The position numbers and the translations under genes were made by a program. Under the pieces are notes generated by a model. That model was not told the DNA's origin. It saw only the letters and a program-made list of their open reading frames with translations, and made no database searches. From a virus (Duplodnaviria > Heunggongvirae > Uroviricota > Caudoviricetes), in the IMG/VR virus record IMGVR_UViG_3300043436_003321, positions 26,530 to 90,529 of that record: a stretch of DNA of 64,000 nt; one strand, written 5' to 3'. Of this stretch, positions 1-10,000 are shown piece by piece (position 1 is the first letter of the stretch; every line of letters starts with the position of its first letter).

Positions 1-288
1 GTTTCTATCCACCATAGTAAATAAAGGAATTGTGACATCACGTTTATCAATACCATTTACATTTAAAACATTAATCAGATAGTGCATTGTTTGTAATGTT
101 CTAAAGTAAACACTACCGAAAGTATATGTGTAAAATCCAACTAGTTTAGAATCATCGTGTGCTAAAATAATTCGACCACCATGAATAGAATAGTATCGCA
201 AAAGTACGTTAAGATTAGGTGGTACACCAATAAACTTGGAGGCTATGCTGACCATAGCCTCCTTATTTTCATAATCCGCTAAATTCAT
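1..288 (-). CDS. hypothetical protein (partial; continues beyond the window start)
   Basis: ATG at 288-286 (minus strand) and the frame stays open to position 1. Translation begins MNLADYENKEAMVSIASKF. No recognised motif. Confidence 0.35.
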   Translation of the reverse strand, partial: MNLADYENKEAMVSIASKFIGVPPNLNVLLRYYSIHGGRIILAHDDSKLVGFYTYTFGSVYFRTLQTMHYLINVLNVNGIDKRDVTIPLFTMVDRN

Positions 289-307
289 AACAGAATATTG
301 TATTAGA

Positions 308-757
308 TTAGAATTCAATTCTTTTAGCCTCTTCAAAAAGATTATCCAAGTCTTCATCTGTAATCGGAGTATCATCAACCCAAGTTAACTGAGTTTTTAA
401 CATTTCAATAAGAGGACTGGCTCTCTTTATAACCTGAGCCTCCTTCCACGCAAGTTGAACCAAAAAGTCAGAATTTGCAACCAAAGCATCTACCTGATCA
501 AGGATGCCATTTTGGTATAAAATTGCCTTGGCCTGTAGTCTAGAACATTCCAATGTTTTTCTATAGATAATCAATGGATCAGTTTCAATATCAAGACCTG
601 AGTCATCAAAGTTTTCTATGAATCCATATGCACCAGATACACAATCGTTGAATAATTCCAAATTAACATTCTGTTCAATAAGAATGTGATTATTTTCTTC
701 ATTCAGAGCTTGTATTGCTGTTTTTTCACGATTTAGATATTTTAGATTTATTAACAT
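308..757 (-). CDS. hypothetical protein downstream of the tail fibre (possible fibre assembly or accessory protein)
   Basis: 149-aa ORF packed tightly after the tail-fibre genes. No recognised motif. Confidence 0.45.
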   Translation of the reverse strand: MLINLKYLNREKTAIQALNEENNHILIEQNVNLELFNDCVSGAYGFIENFDDSGLDIETDPLIIYRKTLECSRLQAKAILYQNGILDQVDALVANSDFLVQLAWKEAQVIKRASPLIEMLKTQLTWVDDTPITDEDLDNLFEEAKRIEF

Positions 758-769
758 TTTTATATATCC

Positions 770-1312
770 TTATACTATGATTACTGTGTCAGTAGTACTC
801 CAGCCAGGAATATATACGTCAGTAGTCCCCGCGCGCAATTCAGACTGTGTAATGGTAGCTGCATAGGTTACAAGTGATTTACCAGATCCAGTTGAGGTAC
901 CCGATACCTGTATATCGTATTCATCGCCAAATTCTACTGTCTGATCAGTAGTATATACGGTACTGGTAGTAGTAAGACTTGAACTAAACACTGATGTTGA
1001 TGTTCCAGCTCTGTTTCTCATAACCCGAATGAGTCCTTGACCATTCGAGATGGCAACAGAAGCAGTTATTGCAAATCTTACGGATCCAGATTGAATCATT
1101 GTATATTGACATTGCAATTGATAACCTGCGGCGGCGCTAGCACTACTGACTGTAGCGGTACGTCTAGCTTTTGCAGTAGCTCCAGCTGTAATACTAGTAT
1201 TCAGATCAAATGCTTTAACTATGGATGTAGCTGACGCAGTGTCTAATGATGCAATATTATTAAGCGCTAAAGCATCACTTATAACAGTACTGCTAGAAAT
1301 TTTTATAGCCAT
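770..1312 (-). CDS. Ser/Thr-rich beta-type structural protein (tail-fibre-associated candidate)
   Basis: 180 aa, low-complexity S/T/A-rich composition typical of fibre or distal-tip proteins. Directly downstream of the large fibre gene. Confidence 0.5.
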   Translation of the reverse strand: MAIKISSSTVISDALALNNIASLDTASATSIVKAFDLNTSITAGATAKARRTATVSSASAAAGYQLQCQYTMIQSGSVRFAITASVAISNGQGLIRVMRNRAGTSTSVFSSSLTTTSTVYTTDQTVEFGDEYDIQVSGTSTGSGKSLVTYAATITQSELRAGTTDVYIPGWSTTDTVIIV

Positions 1313-1330
1313 CTTCGTATCTCCTTACTA

Positions 1331-4300
1331 TTAGCTATTTTTCATCATATCAATTTCGGCTTTCAGCTCTTTGATAGCTTCAATCAGGAGGCCAACCATA
1401 TTTGCATATGCAACTGATTTCATTCCTTCAGAATCTGAATTGACAACCTCTGGGATAATTGCTTCGACTTCTTGGGCGATAACACCAAGTTTACGTTCTG
1501 TTTCACCAATCTTATTATAATAAACACCGCGTAGATTTGAAACCTTATTAAGAGCGGAATCAATAGTTGCCACATTTTCTTTAACTCGAACATCTGATAC
1601 CGATGTAATATCACCAGTTACAGTAAGATCACCACCAGCACTGACAGTACCCCCATCGGTATTTAAATTAAGGGTAGCAGTAGCACCATTATTTCTTGCC
1701 ATAATTTCATTGGTATCGATGATTAAATTAGTTGAAGTACTAAGCCCAATTTGGAAAGCATGACCAGTAGAAGTGGTATTCGCCGCCGCTGTAGCAGTTA
1801 ATCTCAATGTTGGAGAAGTCACATCTCCGGTAAATGTTGGTGAAGCTAGATTAGCCTTAGTTGCAATATCATTAGCAATTTCTGCATTTACAAAGGCTGT
1901 AGTCGCTAGTTGAGTATTGTTTGTGCCTACGGATGCAGTAGGAGCTAGAGGTACTCCGGTAAATGTTGGTGAATCCAGATCGGCCTTGCCAGTAATGTCA
2001 TTAGCAATTTCCGCATTTACAAAGGCTGTAGTCGCTAGTTGTGTGGTATTTGTTCCCACAGCAGCAGTCGGCGCCAAAGGAACTCCAGTAAAGGTAGGTG
2101 AAGCCAGATCGGCCTTACCTGTAATGTCGTTGGCAATCTCGGCATTTACAAATGCGGTAGTTGCTAGTTGTGTAGTATTTGTTCCAACAGCGGCGGTTGG
2201 TGCTAGAGGCACTCCAGTAAATGTTGGTGAAGCTAGATTAGCCTTAGATGCAATGTCATTAGCAATCTCTGAGTTAACAAAAGCAGTGGTAGCAATCTGT
2301 GTAGTATTTGTGCCCACCGCAGCAGTCGGAGCCAGAGGAGTTCCTGTAAAGGTCGGTGATGCACTGAATACCAACGAACCAGTACCAGTTTCATCTGAAA
2401 TAATACCAGCTAATTGAGACGATGTAGTTGCAGCAAATTGAGCCAGAGTGCCTGTAGTTAAGGCACCATTGGTGACAGCACCAGCGATAGTACTGGTAAA
2501 TGTTTTAACACCTGCAATGGTCTGTGCTTCAGCTGTTAACACGCCAGCAGTGGTAGCGTTTGCGGCAAGAATAGTAACGTCAGTACCAGTATCTGAGTTA
2601 ACGGATACAGTTGAACCGTTAGATGTCAATGAAAGATTTGTTCCAGCTGGTGAAGGAGCGTTAACAACTATGTGAGTAGCGTTTGATGATACTGTGACAA
2701 TACCAGATCCAGTGACCAACACATCATCATTTGCACTTGCACTGTCTCGTAGTCGTATAATACCAGCATTTGCAGCAGTATTTGCCACCGCTAGAAGATC
2801 ATATGTGGTATTGGTATTGTCACTTGCAGGTATTGTGACTGTTTTAACATTTACTGCTGTAACGTGACCAGTCGCGTTAGTAGTGACACTATCAATAGCA
2901 GTAAATGTACCGCCATAACTTGGTGCCGCCGTACTTGTGGCATCAGTTCTTGTCGTATTATTATGGGCTACAGTAATTTCGTCGGCAGTAGCGTTTGCCG
3001 TGATAGTAACATAAGCGCCATTTACAAGTGTAAGTGTATCATCATTCGAGTCGGCTACTACGGTCGACTGTCCAGAGATAGCAATGTTTTTAAAGATATT
3101 CTGTGATGACCCACGATCGGTATTCGTAATTGTTAGTACATCATCAGCTGTAAAGTTTGAAGTAATACCAGTACCAGAAGCAATCTGTAGTGTATCGCCA
3201 GAAGTAATAGTATACGTTGTGGTATCACCATCCTGAATAGTCCAAGAAGAGTAGTTGTCATACTCACTTGATATAGGGATGTTGAAATAATTGGTACCAT
3301 CGTTTGTAAATGTCCAGCGATCATTTGTTTCATTCCAAAGCAGTGCAGTATTTGCAAGAGTACCACGTCTGACTTCAATACCAGCATTCTCACTTGGTGT
3401 AGTACCAGTATAATCGGCATTGAGTGTAACGATATTATCGCCAATGTTGAGAGTTGTAGTATTGATATATGTCGTAGTACCCGATACAGTAAGGTTACCA
3501 GAGATAACAACATTATTTGCATTAATATCATTTACTGTAATACTATTTGTGGTGGTATTACCTCTTGATGTCACTGTGGCAAGAGTATCCGCCTCAGTTG
3601 CGGTAATTGTGATTGTATCTGTTGTAGCATTCGTGGTGATTGAAGCGATACCAGCACCTACAAGAGTAAGTGTATCTGTAAGACTGTCAGAGACAACTGT
3701 TGTCTGTCCAGCGACAGCAATATTTGTAAATGCCGACTGTGGGTATCTCAGATCAAGGTTAACAGAAGCTGAACTGGTGCCTGTAACGTGACCAAATGTA
3801 TCGAATGTAAGACTTAAATCCTGCAGAACGTTACCGTTTGAGTTATCAATCGCTAGATTTGAAACTGATGATGTATCAGCGTGAGCAATTGTCGCCGCTG
3901 TGCCTTCACCTGCAGCTGCAGTAATTGTAAGACCTGAGGTACCGGTTTGCGTTGATGGTGTCCCATCTGCCATGGTAGCGACATAGTTACCAGTGGTATC
4001 AGTACCGAGGGCAACAGCATTTGATGCAATGGTTGTTGTGATTGATATAGTACCATTTGCAAGATCGGTAAGAGTAGCATTGGCCGTACCAGTTACATCA
4101 CCGGTAAGAGTAACAACGATGTTGGGATCTGGTTTATCGGTAACACTTGCCCAAGCTACGTTTGCAACAATATTATTTGCATATACTGTGCGCCAAACTT
4201 TTAGACCACCGCCAATATCTTGTGCATTATTTGAGGATGGGATTAAATTGCCGGTTACTGTAGCAGCCGTATCAAAAGTAAGATTACCAGTAACTGAGGC

Positions 4301-6841
4301 TGTGGTAAATGCTGCAGTATTCACAGTAAGCGTTATGGATGAGGATAGAGTAGTAGTACCAGTAATGGTCAGGTTATTAACTGATGTATTACCACCGACA
4401 ACCAAATCTGTGGTTACGTTAGCATATGGCGTGGTTAAATATTTACCAGCACCAATTGTGGTGTTACCTGCCAGAACAGCTTCCGTGCCGACATAAAGTT
4501 TCTTAGCAACAGCAAGACCACCTGCAGTTTTAATAGCCGCAGCGGTCGTCGATGTGGCATCAGTAGTATTTGTTAAGTCAATAAGACCGCTAGCAGTAAT
4601 AGCTGCGGCAGTAGTAGTGCCAGTAATACCAACAGTGTTGCTAAATGTAGCAGCACCTGTGACAGCAATGGTATTTGCAAAGGTTGAAGCCCCAGTGACA
4701 GCAAGAGTACCACCGACTGTTTCATTGCCAGATACAGCAAGTATACCAGTTACCGAGGCGCCAGTTGCAGTTGTAGCAATTCTTGCAGTGTTATCATGGA
4801 ATAGTGTTACGGCGCCATCGCGAACAAACGTCGCCATAGTTTCTGTAGCGGTGGAATTAGATGTCTGAATATCAAGTTGTGATGCATCAAGTTTTAAGTT
4901 TCCAGTTCCAAGATCCGAAACATAACTATGTGATCCATCGTGATAAATCATAAAGTCTTGTGAGTCACCCATAATAATTGTTCTGTTATCAGCCATAACA
5001 ATGTTATTAGAGAATGTAGCAACACCAGTGACACCAACGGTGTTAGCAAAAGTGGTTGCTCCAGTAACCCCAAGAGTGCTTGAGAGTGTAGCGGCGCCTG
5101 TGACTCCAACCGTATTTGCAAAAGTAGCCGCTCCGGTAACACCAACAGTATTTGCGAAGGTTGAGGCCCCAGTAACACCTAGAGTACCAGCAACAGTTTC
5201 ATTTGACGATACCGCTAGAATACCGGTCACCGAAACGCCTGTACCGCTTGTTGCTAATCTGGCCGTATTATCATGGAAGAGTGTTACGGCGCCTTCGCGG
5301 ACGAATGTTGCCATTGTCTCAGTGACAGTTGTGTTCGATGTCACAATATCTAATTGAGAAGCATCAATCTTAAGATTACCAGTTCCAGAATCAGTAATAT
5401 AACTATGAGTGCCGTCATGATAGATTAATAGATCTGCTCCAGTACCAAGAACAAGATAATCACTATCAGAGAAGACTGCGTTGGAACTAAATGTGGCAAT
5501 TCCGGTAACAGCAAGTGTGCTAGAAAGAGTTGTTGCACCAGTGACACCAAATGTTCCACCTACGTTAGCATTTGTAGTCACATTGGCAGTACCAATAATG
5601 TTAAGACCAGTGCCAGAAAATACTAGGTTTGCGCTATCAACGATTTCACCTGCAGTTCCAATATATGGAACTCGTGTTGCGGTAAGATCGCGAACCATAA
5701 GAGATGCGGTGTTCGCCTGTGAATTGATAGTCAGAACGTTTGTAATTACAGCTGAGTTGGCAATTGCTGCATCTTTTACATATAGGTTACGCCAATTGAT
5801 ACCGGTCGAACCAAGATCGTATGTAGTATTTGCGCCGCTGTGTACACCTGAGGTGTTTGCGACAATAGGAGTAAAGGTTGCAGCTGCACTATTTTCAAGA
5901 ACGACATTAAGTGTCTGTTGGGTGGTTGTGGTACTTAGAGTTTTAAGTGTTCTGGTAGTAGAACCTTTAATGACCACATCACCTTGTGATTCAATATTAT
6001 TATCTGACCAAACATAGGTTGTATGAACGTTGCCATAAGGCTTTGCGTCAGTACCAAGATCAATGGTTGTAGCATTTGGTATCAGATCTGAGTTCAGATA
6101 AGCGTTTACCACGACCAAATCAGTTGTCGCATTACCGATTGTGGTAAGGGCACTATCAATCTGAACATTAGCGCCAGTGAATACAGCATTGGCAGTCTGT
6201 GTTAAAATACCGTCAATATTAACGTTTGCGTTGAAGTCCGCCACAGCATTGACATTGAGCACATCTGTACCAGCATTACCGATAGTGGTATTTGTGCTAG
6301 TAATATAAACGTTAGCACCAGAGAATGTAGAGTTTGCGGTGACATTGAGCGTGGTAGTACCGACGTTGGCACTGGTGCCAGTAAACTCAGTGTTTGATCT
6401 TACAAATAGTGAACCAGTGTTGATTGTAGTATTTGCAGCATCAATTAGAATTTTCTTTGTGGAACCACCATCGAAGGTGACATTCGATGAGATAACAACG
6501 TTATTTGCATCAACATCAAATAGATTCGTATTTGCACTGATCTGAACAAGAGCAGATTCATTAAAAATTGTATTGGTAGTGATCACAAGATTCGCTGGAG
6601 TACTTACAGTACCGCCTCTTAATGCTGTCGCAGCAATTAAAGTATTAGCCGAAAATCTACCTTCGATATGTGAGTTACCGGTGGTTTGTGCACCATTGGT
6701 CGTATTAGGTTGTGCCACATCAGCTACGGTAACTACAACAGTTCCCATATCATTGATAATCAAGTTTGTTTTATTAATCCAGCCGCCAAAACTATCTGTA
6801 GTTACTTCTACGTTAGCGCTTAAATATGATGACTTTGACAT
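1331..6841 (-). CDS. tail fibre protein with C-terminal intramolecular chaperone (peptidase S74) domain
   Basis: 1836 aa, Thr/Gly/Ala/Ser-rich. Four tandem 43-aa repeats (ASPTFTGVPLAPTAAVGTNTTQLATTAFVNAEIANDITGKADL, phage tail-fibre-repeat type). A duplicated module of about 110 aa (IYHDGSHSY..GTGNLK..TETMATFVR.GAVTLFHDNTAR). C-terminus SDVRVKEN...GVIAQEVEAIIPEVV...LIEAIKELKAEI matches the self-cleaving S74 intramolecular chaperone signature. Confidence 0.85.
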   Translation of the reverse strand: MSKSSYLSANVEVTTDSFGGWINKTNLIINDMGTVVVTVADVAQPNTTNGAQTTGNSHIEGRFSANTLIAATALRGGTVSTPANLVITTNTIFNESALVQISANTNLFDVDANNVVISSNVTFDGGSTKKILIDAANTTINTGSLFVRSNTEFTGTSANVGTTTLNVTANSTFSGANVYITSTNTTIGNAGTDVLNVNAVADFNANVNIDGILTQTANAVFTGANVQIDSALTTIGNATTDLVVVNAYLNSDLIPNATTIDLGTDAKPYGNVHTTYVWSDNNIESQGDVVIKGSTTRTLKTLSTTTTQQTLNVVLENSAAATFTPIVANTSGVHSGANTTYDLGSTGINWRNLYVKDAAIANSAVITNVLTINSQANTASLMVRDLTATRVPYIGTAGEIVDSANLVFSGTGLNIIGTANVTTNANVGGTFGVTGATTLSSTLAVTGIATFSSNAVFSDSDYLVLGTGADLLIYHDGTHSYITDSGTGNLKIDASQLDIVTSNTTVTETMATFVREGAVTLFHDNTARLATSGTGVSVTGILAVSSNETVAGTLGVTGASTFANTVGVTGAATFANTVGVTGAATLSSTLGVTGATTFANTVGVTGVATFSNNIVMADNRTIIMGDSQDFMIYHDGSHSYVSDLGTGNLKLDASQLDIQTSNSTATETMATFVRDGAVTLFHDNTARIATTATGASVTGILAVSGNETVGGTLAVTGASTFANTIAVTGAATFSNTVGITGTTTAAAITASGLIDLTNTTDATSTTAAAIKTAGGLAVAKKLYVGTEAVLAGNTTIGAGKYLTTPYANVTTDLVVGGNTSVNNLTITGTTTLSSSITLTVNTAAFTTASVTGNLTFDTAATVTGNLIPSSNNAQDIGGGLKVWRTVYANNIVANVAWASVTDKPDPNIVVTLTGDVTGTANATLTDLANGTISITTTIASNAVALGTDTTGNYVATMADGTPSTQTGTSGLTITAAAGEGTAATIAHADTSSVSNLAIDNSNGNVLQDLSLTFDTFGHVTGTSSASVNLDLRYPQSAFTNIAVAGQTTVVSDSLTDTLTLVGAGIASITTNATTDTITITATEADTLATVTSRGNTTTNSITVNDINANNVVISGNLTVSGTTTYINTTTLNIGDNIVTLNADYTGTTPSENAGIEVRRGTLANTALLWNETNDRWTFTNDGTNYFNIPISSEYDNYSSWTIQDGDTTTYTITSGDTLQIASGTGITSNFTADDVLTITNTDRGSSQNIFKNIAISGQSTVVADSNDDTLTLVNGAYVTITANATADEITVAHNNTTRTDATSTAAPSYGGTFTAIDSVTTNATGHVTAVNVKTVTIPASDNTNTTYDLLAVANTAANAGIIRLRDSASANDDVLVTGSGIVTVSSNATHIVVNAPSPAGTNLSLTSNGSTVSVNSDTGTDVTILAANATTAGVLTAEAQTIAGVKTFTSTIAGAVTNGALTTGTLAQFAATTSSQLAGIISDETGTGSLVFSASPTFTGTPLAPTAAVGTNTTQIATTAFVNSEIANDIASKANLASPTFTGVPLAPTAAVGTNTTQLATTAFVNAEIANDITGKADLASPTFTGVPLAPTAAVGTNTTQLATTAFVNAEIANDITGKADLDSPTFTGVPLAPTASVGTNNTQLATTAFVNAEIANDIATKANLASPTFTGDVTSPTLRLTATAAANTTSTGHAFQIGLSTSTNLIIDTNEIMARNNGATATLNLNTDGGTVSAGGDLTVTGDITSVSDVRVKENVATIDSALNKVSNLRGVYYNKIGETERKLGVIAQEVEAIIPEVVNSDSEGMKSVAYANMVGLLIEAIKELKAEIDMMKNS
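1830..2420. repeat. tandem direct repeat array, about 4.5 x 129 bp, inside the tail-fibre gene
   Basis: Near-identical 129-bp units (e.g. ...tacaaaggctgtagtcgctagttg...) encode the four 43-aa fibre repeats. The plus-strand antisense ORF 1917..2417 shows the same periodicity. Confidence 0.8.
4540..5440. repeat. diverged tandem duplication of about 440 bp (x2) inside the tail-fibre gene
   Basis: Two consecutive modules of about 75% nucleotide identity encode ...IYHDG(T/S)HSY..GTGNLK..TETMATFVR(E/D)GAVTLFHDNTAR... Confidence 0.65.
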
Positions 6842-6847
6842 TCTGCT

Positions 6848-7051
6848 TTACCTATTTGCTATCTGAATTAATAATTCGCGAATATAACCGAGTTCACTTT
6901 TAATATTATCTATTTCGCTTTCCAAGTTTGCCACCTTATTTGATTGCTCTTTTGTTTTACGATACTTCTCTAAGGCGCCCTTATTCTTATTTATAAGAGC
7001 ACCTGTAGATAAGTCCTTAGCAAAATCTTCATTGTCTGTGTTAACTATCAT
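6848..7051 (-). CDS. small coiled-coil protein
   Basis: 67-aa ORF. Its start overlaps the stop of the upstream 1890-aa gene by 4 nt. Heptad-like K/E-rich sequence. Confidence 0.45.
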   Translation of the reverse strand: MIVNTDNEDFAKDLSTGALINKNKGALEKYRKTKEQSNKVANLESEIDNIKSELGYIRELLIQIANR

Positions 7052-10000
7052 ACTGTTAATGCAAGTGCCCTCATATCTTTGACTCTAGGTATTCTGTGTG
7101 GCCCAGTTGAAGTCATAACTATTTTTACCGCAAAATATTTATAGTTAGTGTAGATAGCACCAGCAGAATCAAGATATTTAAAGGTTGTGCCACTTTCGAG
7201 AATAGCAGAACCACCAGCAGTTGCACTAGAGGTCACTGTTGTACCATCAGATTGGAATCCTGTAGTGCCCAATGAGTATTGGAACTCCTTAAAGTCAAAA
7301 CGATCATTGTTTGCTGATGTAAAGTTAGTTCTATCTTCTGCAAGTAGTTTAGTCCACGGGATTTGATCAAACGGTGTCGAATCAGCCGAATTCTTAAACT
7401 TACCATAAACAGTAATATCAGAACCTGGCGGTTTATATGCAGTCAACCAAATCTTTAAATCATCAGCATCAAGACCATCGGCAAGTTGGACAGTTCTTGA
7501 GATATACTTAGATGATGCAGCTCCGGCAATATTTCTATTTTCGTCAGCAATATCATTGTTGATAAGATGTTCATAGATATCCACGGTTGAAATTTCATGG
7601 TCAATAAACGGAGACGTATCACGAGTAGTTGTCGAATCATTTGATAAACTCATTCTTAAGACAAACGAATTTTCAGTAGGAGCCGCAGATTTACTCTTAA
7701 TGTAAGTTGCGGTTCCATTGAAATACTTGTTATTATCAAAGTCAATAGGTGAAGTTCCACCACCAAGATAATCACTCGAGCCGTTAGAAAGTGCAGTTGC
7801 GGCAAGAATTGATTTTGTTCTTGTAAAGTTTGATCTGTAGAATTGTGGTTGCAGATAACTTACTGGAATTGAATCAATAGATCCAATAGTGGCAGTTGCG
7901 GCTGAATCAGCACCGGTAACAACATCATTAGCCGCAAATACCAATCCAGTTTTAGCGCTAGATTCCTCAAGAATGAGTCTTACAGGATCACCAGAGGCAT
8001 TGAAGTAATCAACCTTACCGCTTACTGTTTTAAAGTAGTTTGCGGCAGTATTGGCAGCCGATGGGAATTCTTTTACAGTCAGTGATATATTATTAGCGAC
8101 ATTGGTGACCTCAAGGACTTGATAATCAGTTCCAGCAATATAGACAAGATGTTCACCTACAGCAAACGTTGACGTAAATGACGTGCCAGAACCTGTAATT
8201 GTTCTACTTGTAGTATTAGCAGAAATTGTTCCAGCAGAATTCGCACTAGTTACAAAAACGCTTTCACCACGTTTAAATTGACCCGCATATGATGAAACAG
8301 TAAAGAATTCATGGCTATTATTTGTCATCTGGAAAGAACCAGTGGCACTGCTAAACTGTGCTTTGTATAGTTTAAACTTCAGATTTTCATCATTATGTGG
8401 TGTCCATGCACGGTTATTTGTAGAAGTAAATAATGTACCGCTAGCCGCGTCCATAGTAACTTTAACCCCTGTTGCAACATCCGCTAATCCTGTCTTACAT
8501 ACCCAAATTAAATAGTCTGGATTATCTTGATCTGGAATTGTTACTACGCAATATTCCTGTCCAACTTTTAATGCAACCGGTGCGTCAAATGTTACAGTAG
8601 TCGCTACTGTTCCATCGTTTGACACACTAACATCGGCTGAATCCAGGTGAATAGATGCGAAAGGCATAGTATCTGGGCCGGGATATCCATTGACTGAGTT
8701 TCTTAATTGAACAGTAACACCCAATGTCGGACTTTTCTCTTTAAAGAATAGGTCAATCTTAGTCACCATTACAGCCGTATCAGAAGACATATCAGATTCT
8801 ATCTTGAAAGTTTGAGCAATAGGATCATTGCCAGGTGGACTAGGTTCACGGCCTCGATCGCCGGTATCCTGCGGTGGTGGGAGTGTCACAGAAGTCACAC
8901 TCGTGGTAGAACTTGTGCTTTGGGTTTGTGTGGTTACCTTTTTGAAACTAGCTTCACGGGTTGTGACTTCAAGTGGTGTTTTCTCTATTGAGAAGTTATA
9001 ACCTCTATAAGTTGCCGTTGTAGTGGAAGTTGCGGCAGCAATAGATTGTAGATCATCAACATCGGCAATAATAAGTTCTCTATCGCCGACAAAGAAGGTA
9101 TTGGCTGGAATTCTAAAAATTGCTCTTAATGTACCATTGGCATCAGATTTAATTTCATGAGTAACACCAAATTTACCTACTCTTCTCAGATCTGATACGC
9201 GTTTTGTATCACCCACATTTGCAGGAATAACACTAGTATTCACATCTACACCATCAAAGAAGAAATAGAATCTAGTATTTGGTCTTAGACCTTCTGATAG
9301 GATTCTAACATCTCTTTCTCTCAAGAAAGGTTTAAAATCAAAGTCTGTGACAAAATCACCGACAGGATTTTGTTTCTCCTTACCTGGCACTACCTGTAAC
9401 GAATTTTTTGTGGTCTGAGTAGTAGTATTTGTTGTGGTCGTAGTGGTCGTAGTTCTACCTCGAGTAACTGAAGAACTATTGGTGGTCTGACCAATAACCG
9501 CAGTTGAGACATTAGATAATGGTACAAACTCACCGATTGCGGCAACAATATCTTGTACCATCGCGGTTTGATCAAATGTAATATTTACAGCTGGAGCAGT
9601 TACTACTTCAGGTGCACCATCATATTCTGGGAATAAAACCGTAGTACCTGAGAATTTCCAGAAATCCGTAACACAGTTTCTGAATGTTGTTGCATAAGGT
9701 TGATCAATAAACTTTTTATCTGTTTTTGATAAAGTAATACCTTCGCCAAAATCTGTGACATTTGTCAGTGATCCCGATACAATCTTCATATCTAGATTGT
9801 ATTTTCTAAATCTAGGAGTCAATTCGCTATATGAAGGATCAATAGCGGCAGCAAAGTTAGTATCTTTGAGATTCGCAATTTGTAATGTATCAAAATTATC
9901 GACAAGAATACCATTTTTAAACCGATCAAGACCGCTAGAATCTGTAACGACTAGATCTGTTGCTGATTTTTCAAGTGCATTTAGAACAGTGTAGTATTCA

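Noticed and set aside
1917-6866. Many plus-strand ORFs of 60-180 aa inside the tail-fibre gene (1917..2417, 2448..2675, 3420..3791, 3993..4496, 4554..4868, 5001..5357, 5481..6017 etc.)
   Set aside because: They are antisense to a 5.5-kb coding sequence with repetitive Thr/Ala/Gly codons, so they are stop-poor by composition. Their periodicity mirrors the fibre repeats. No RBS or promoter context.
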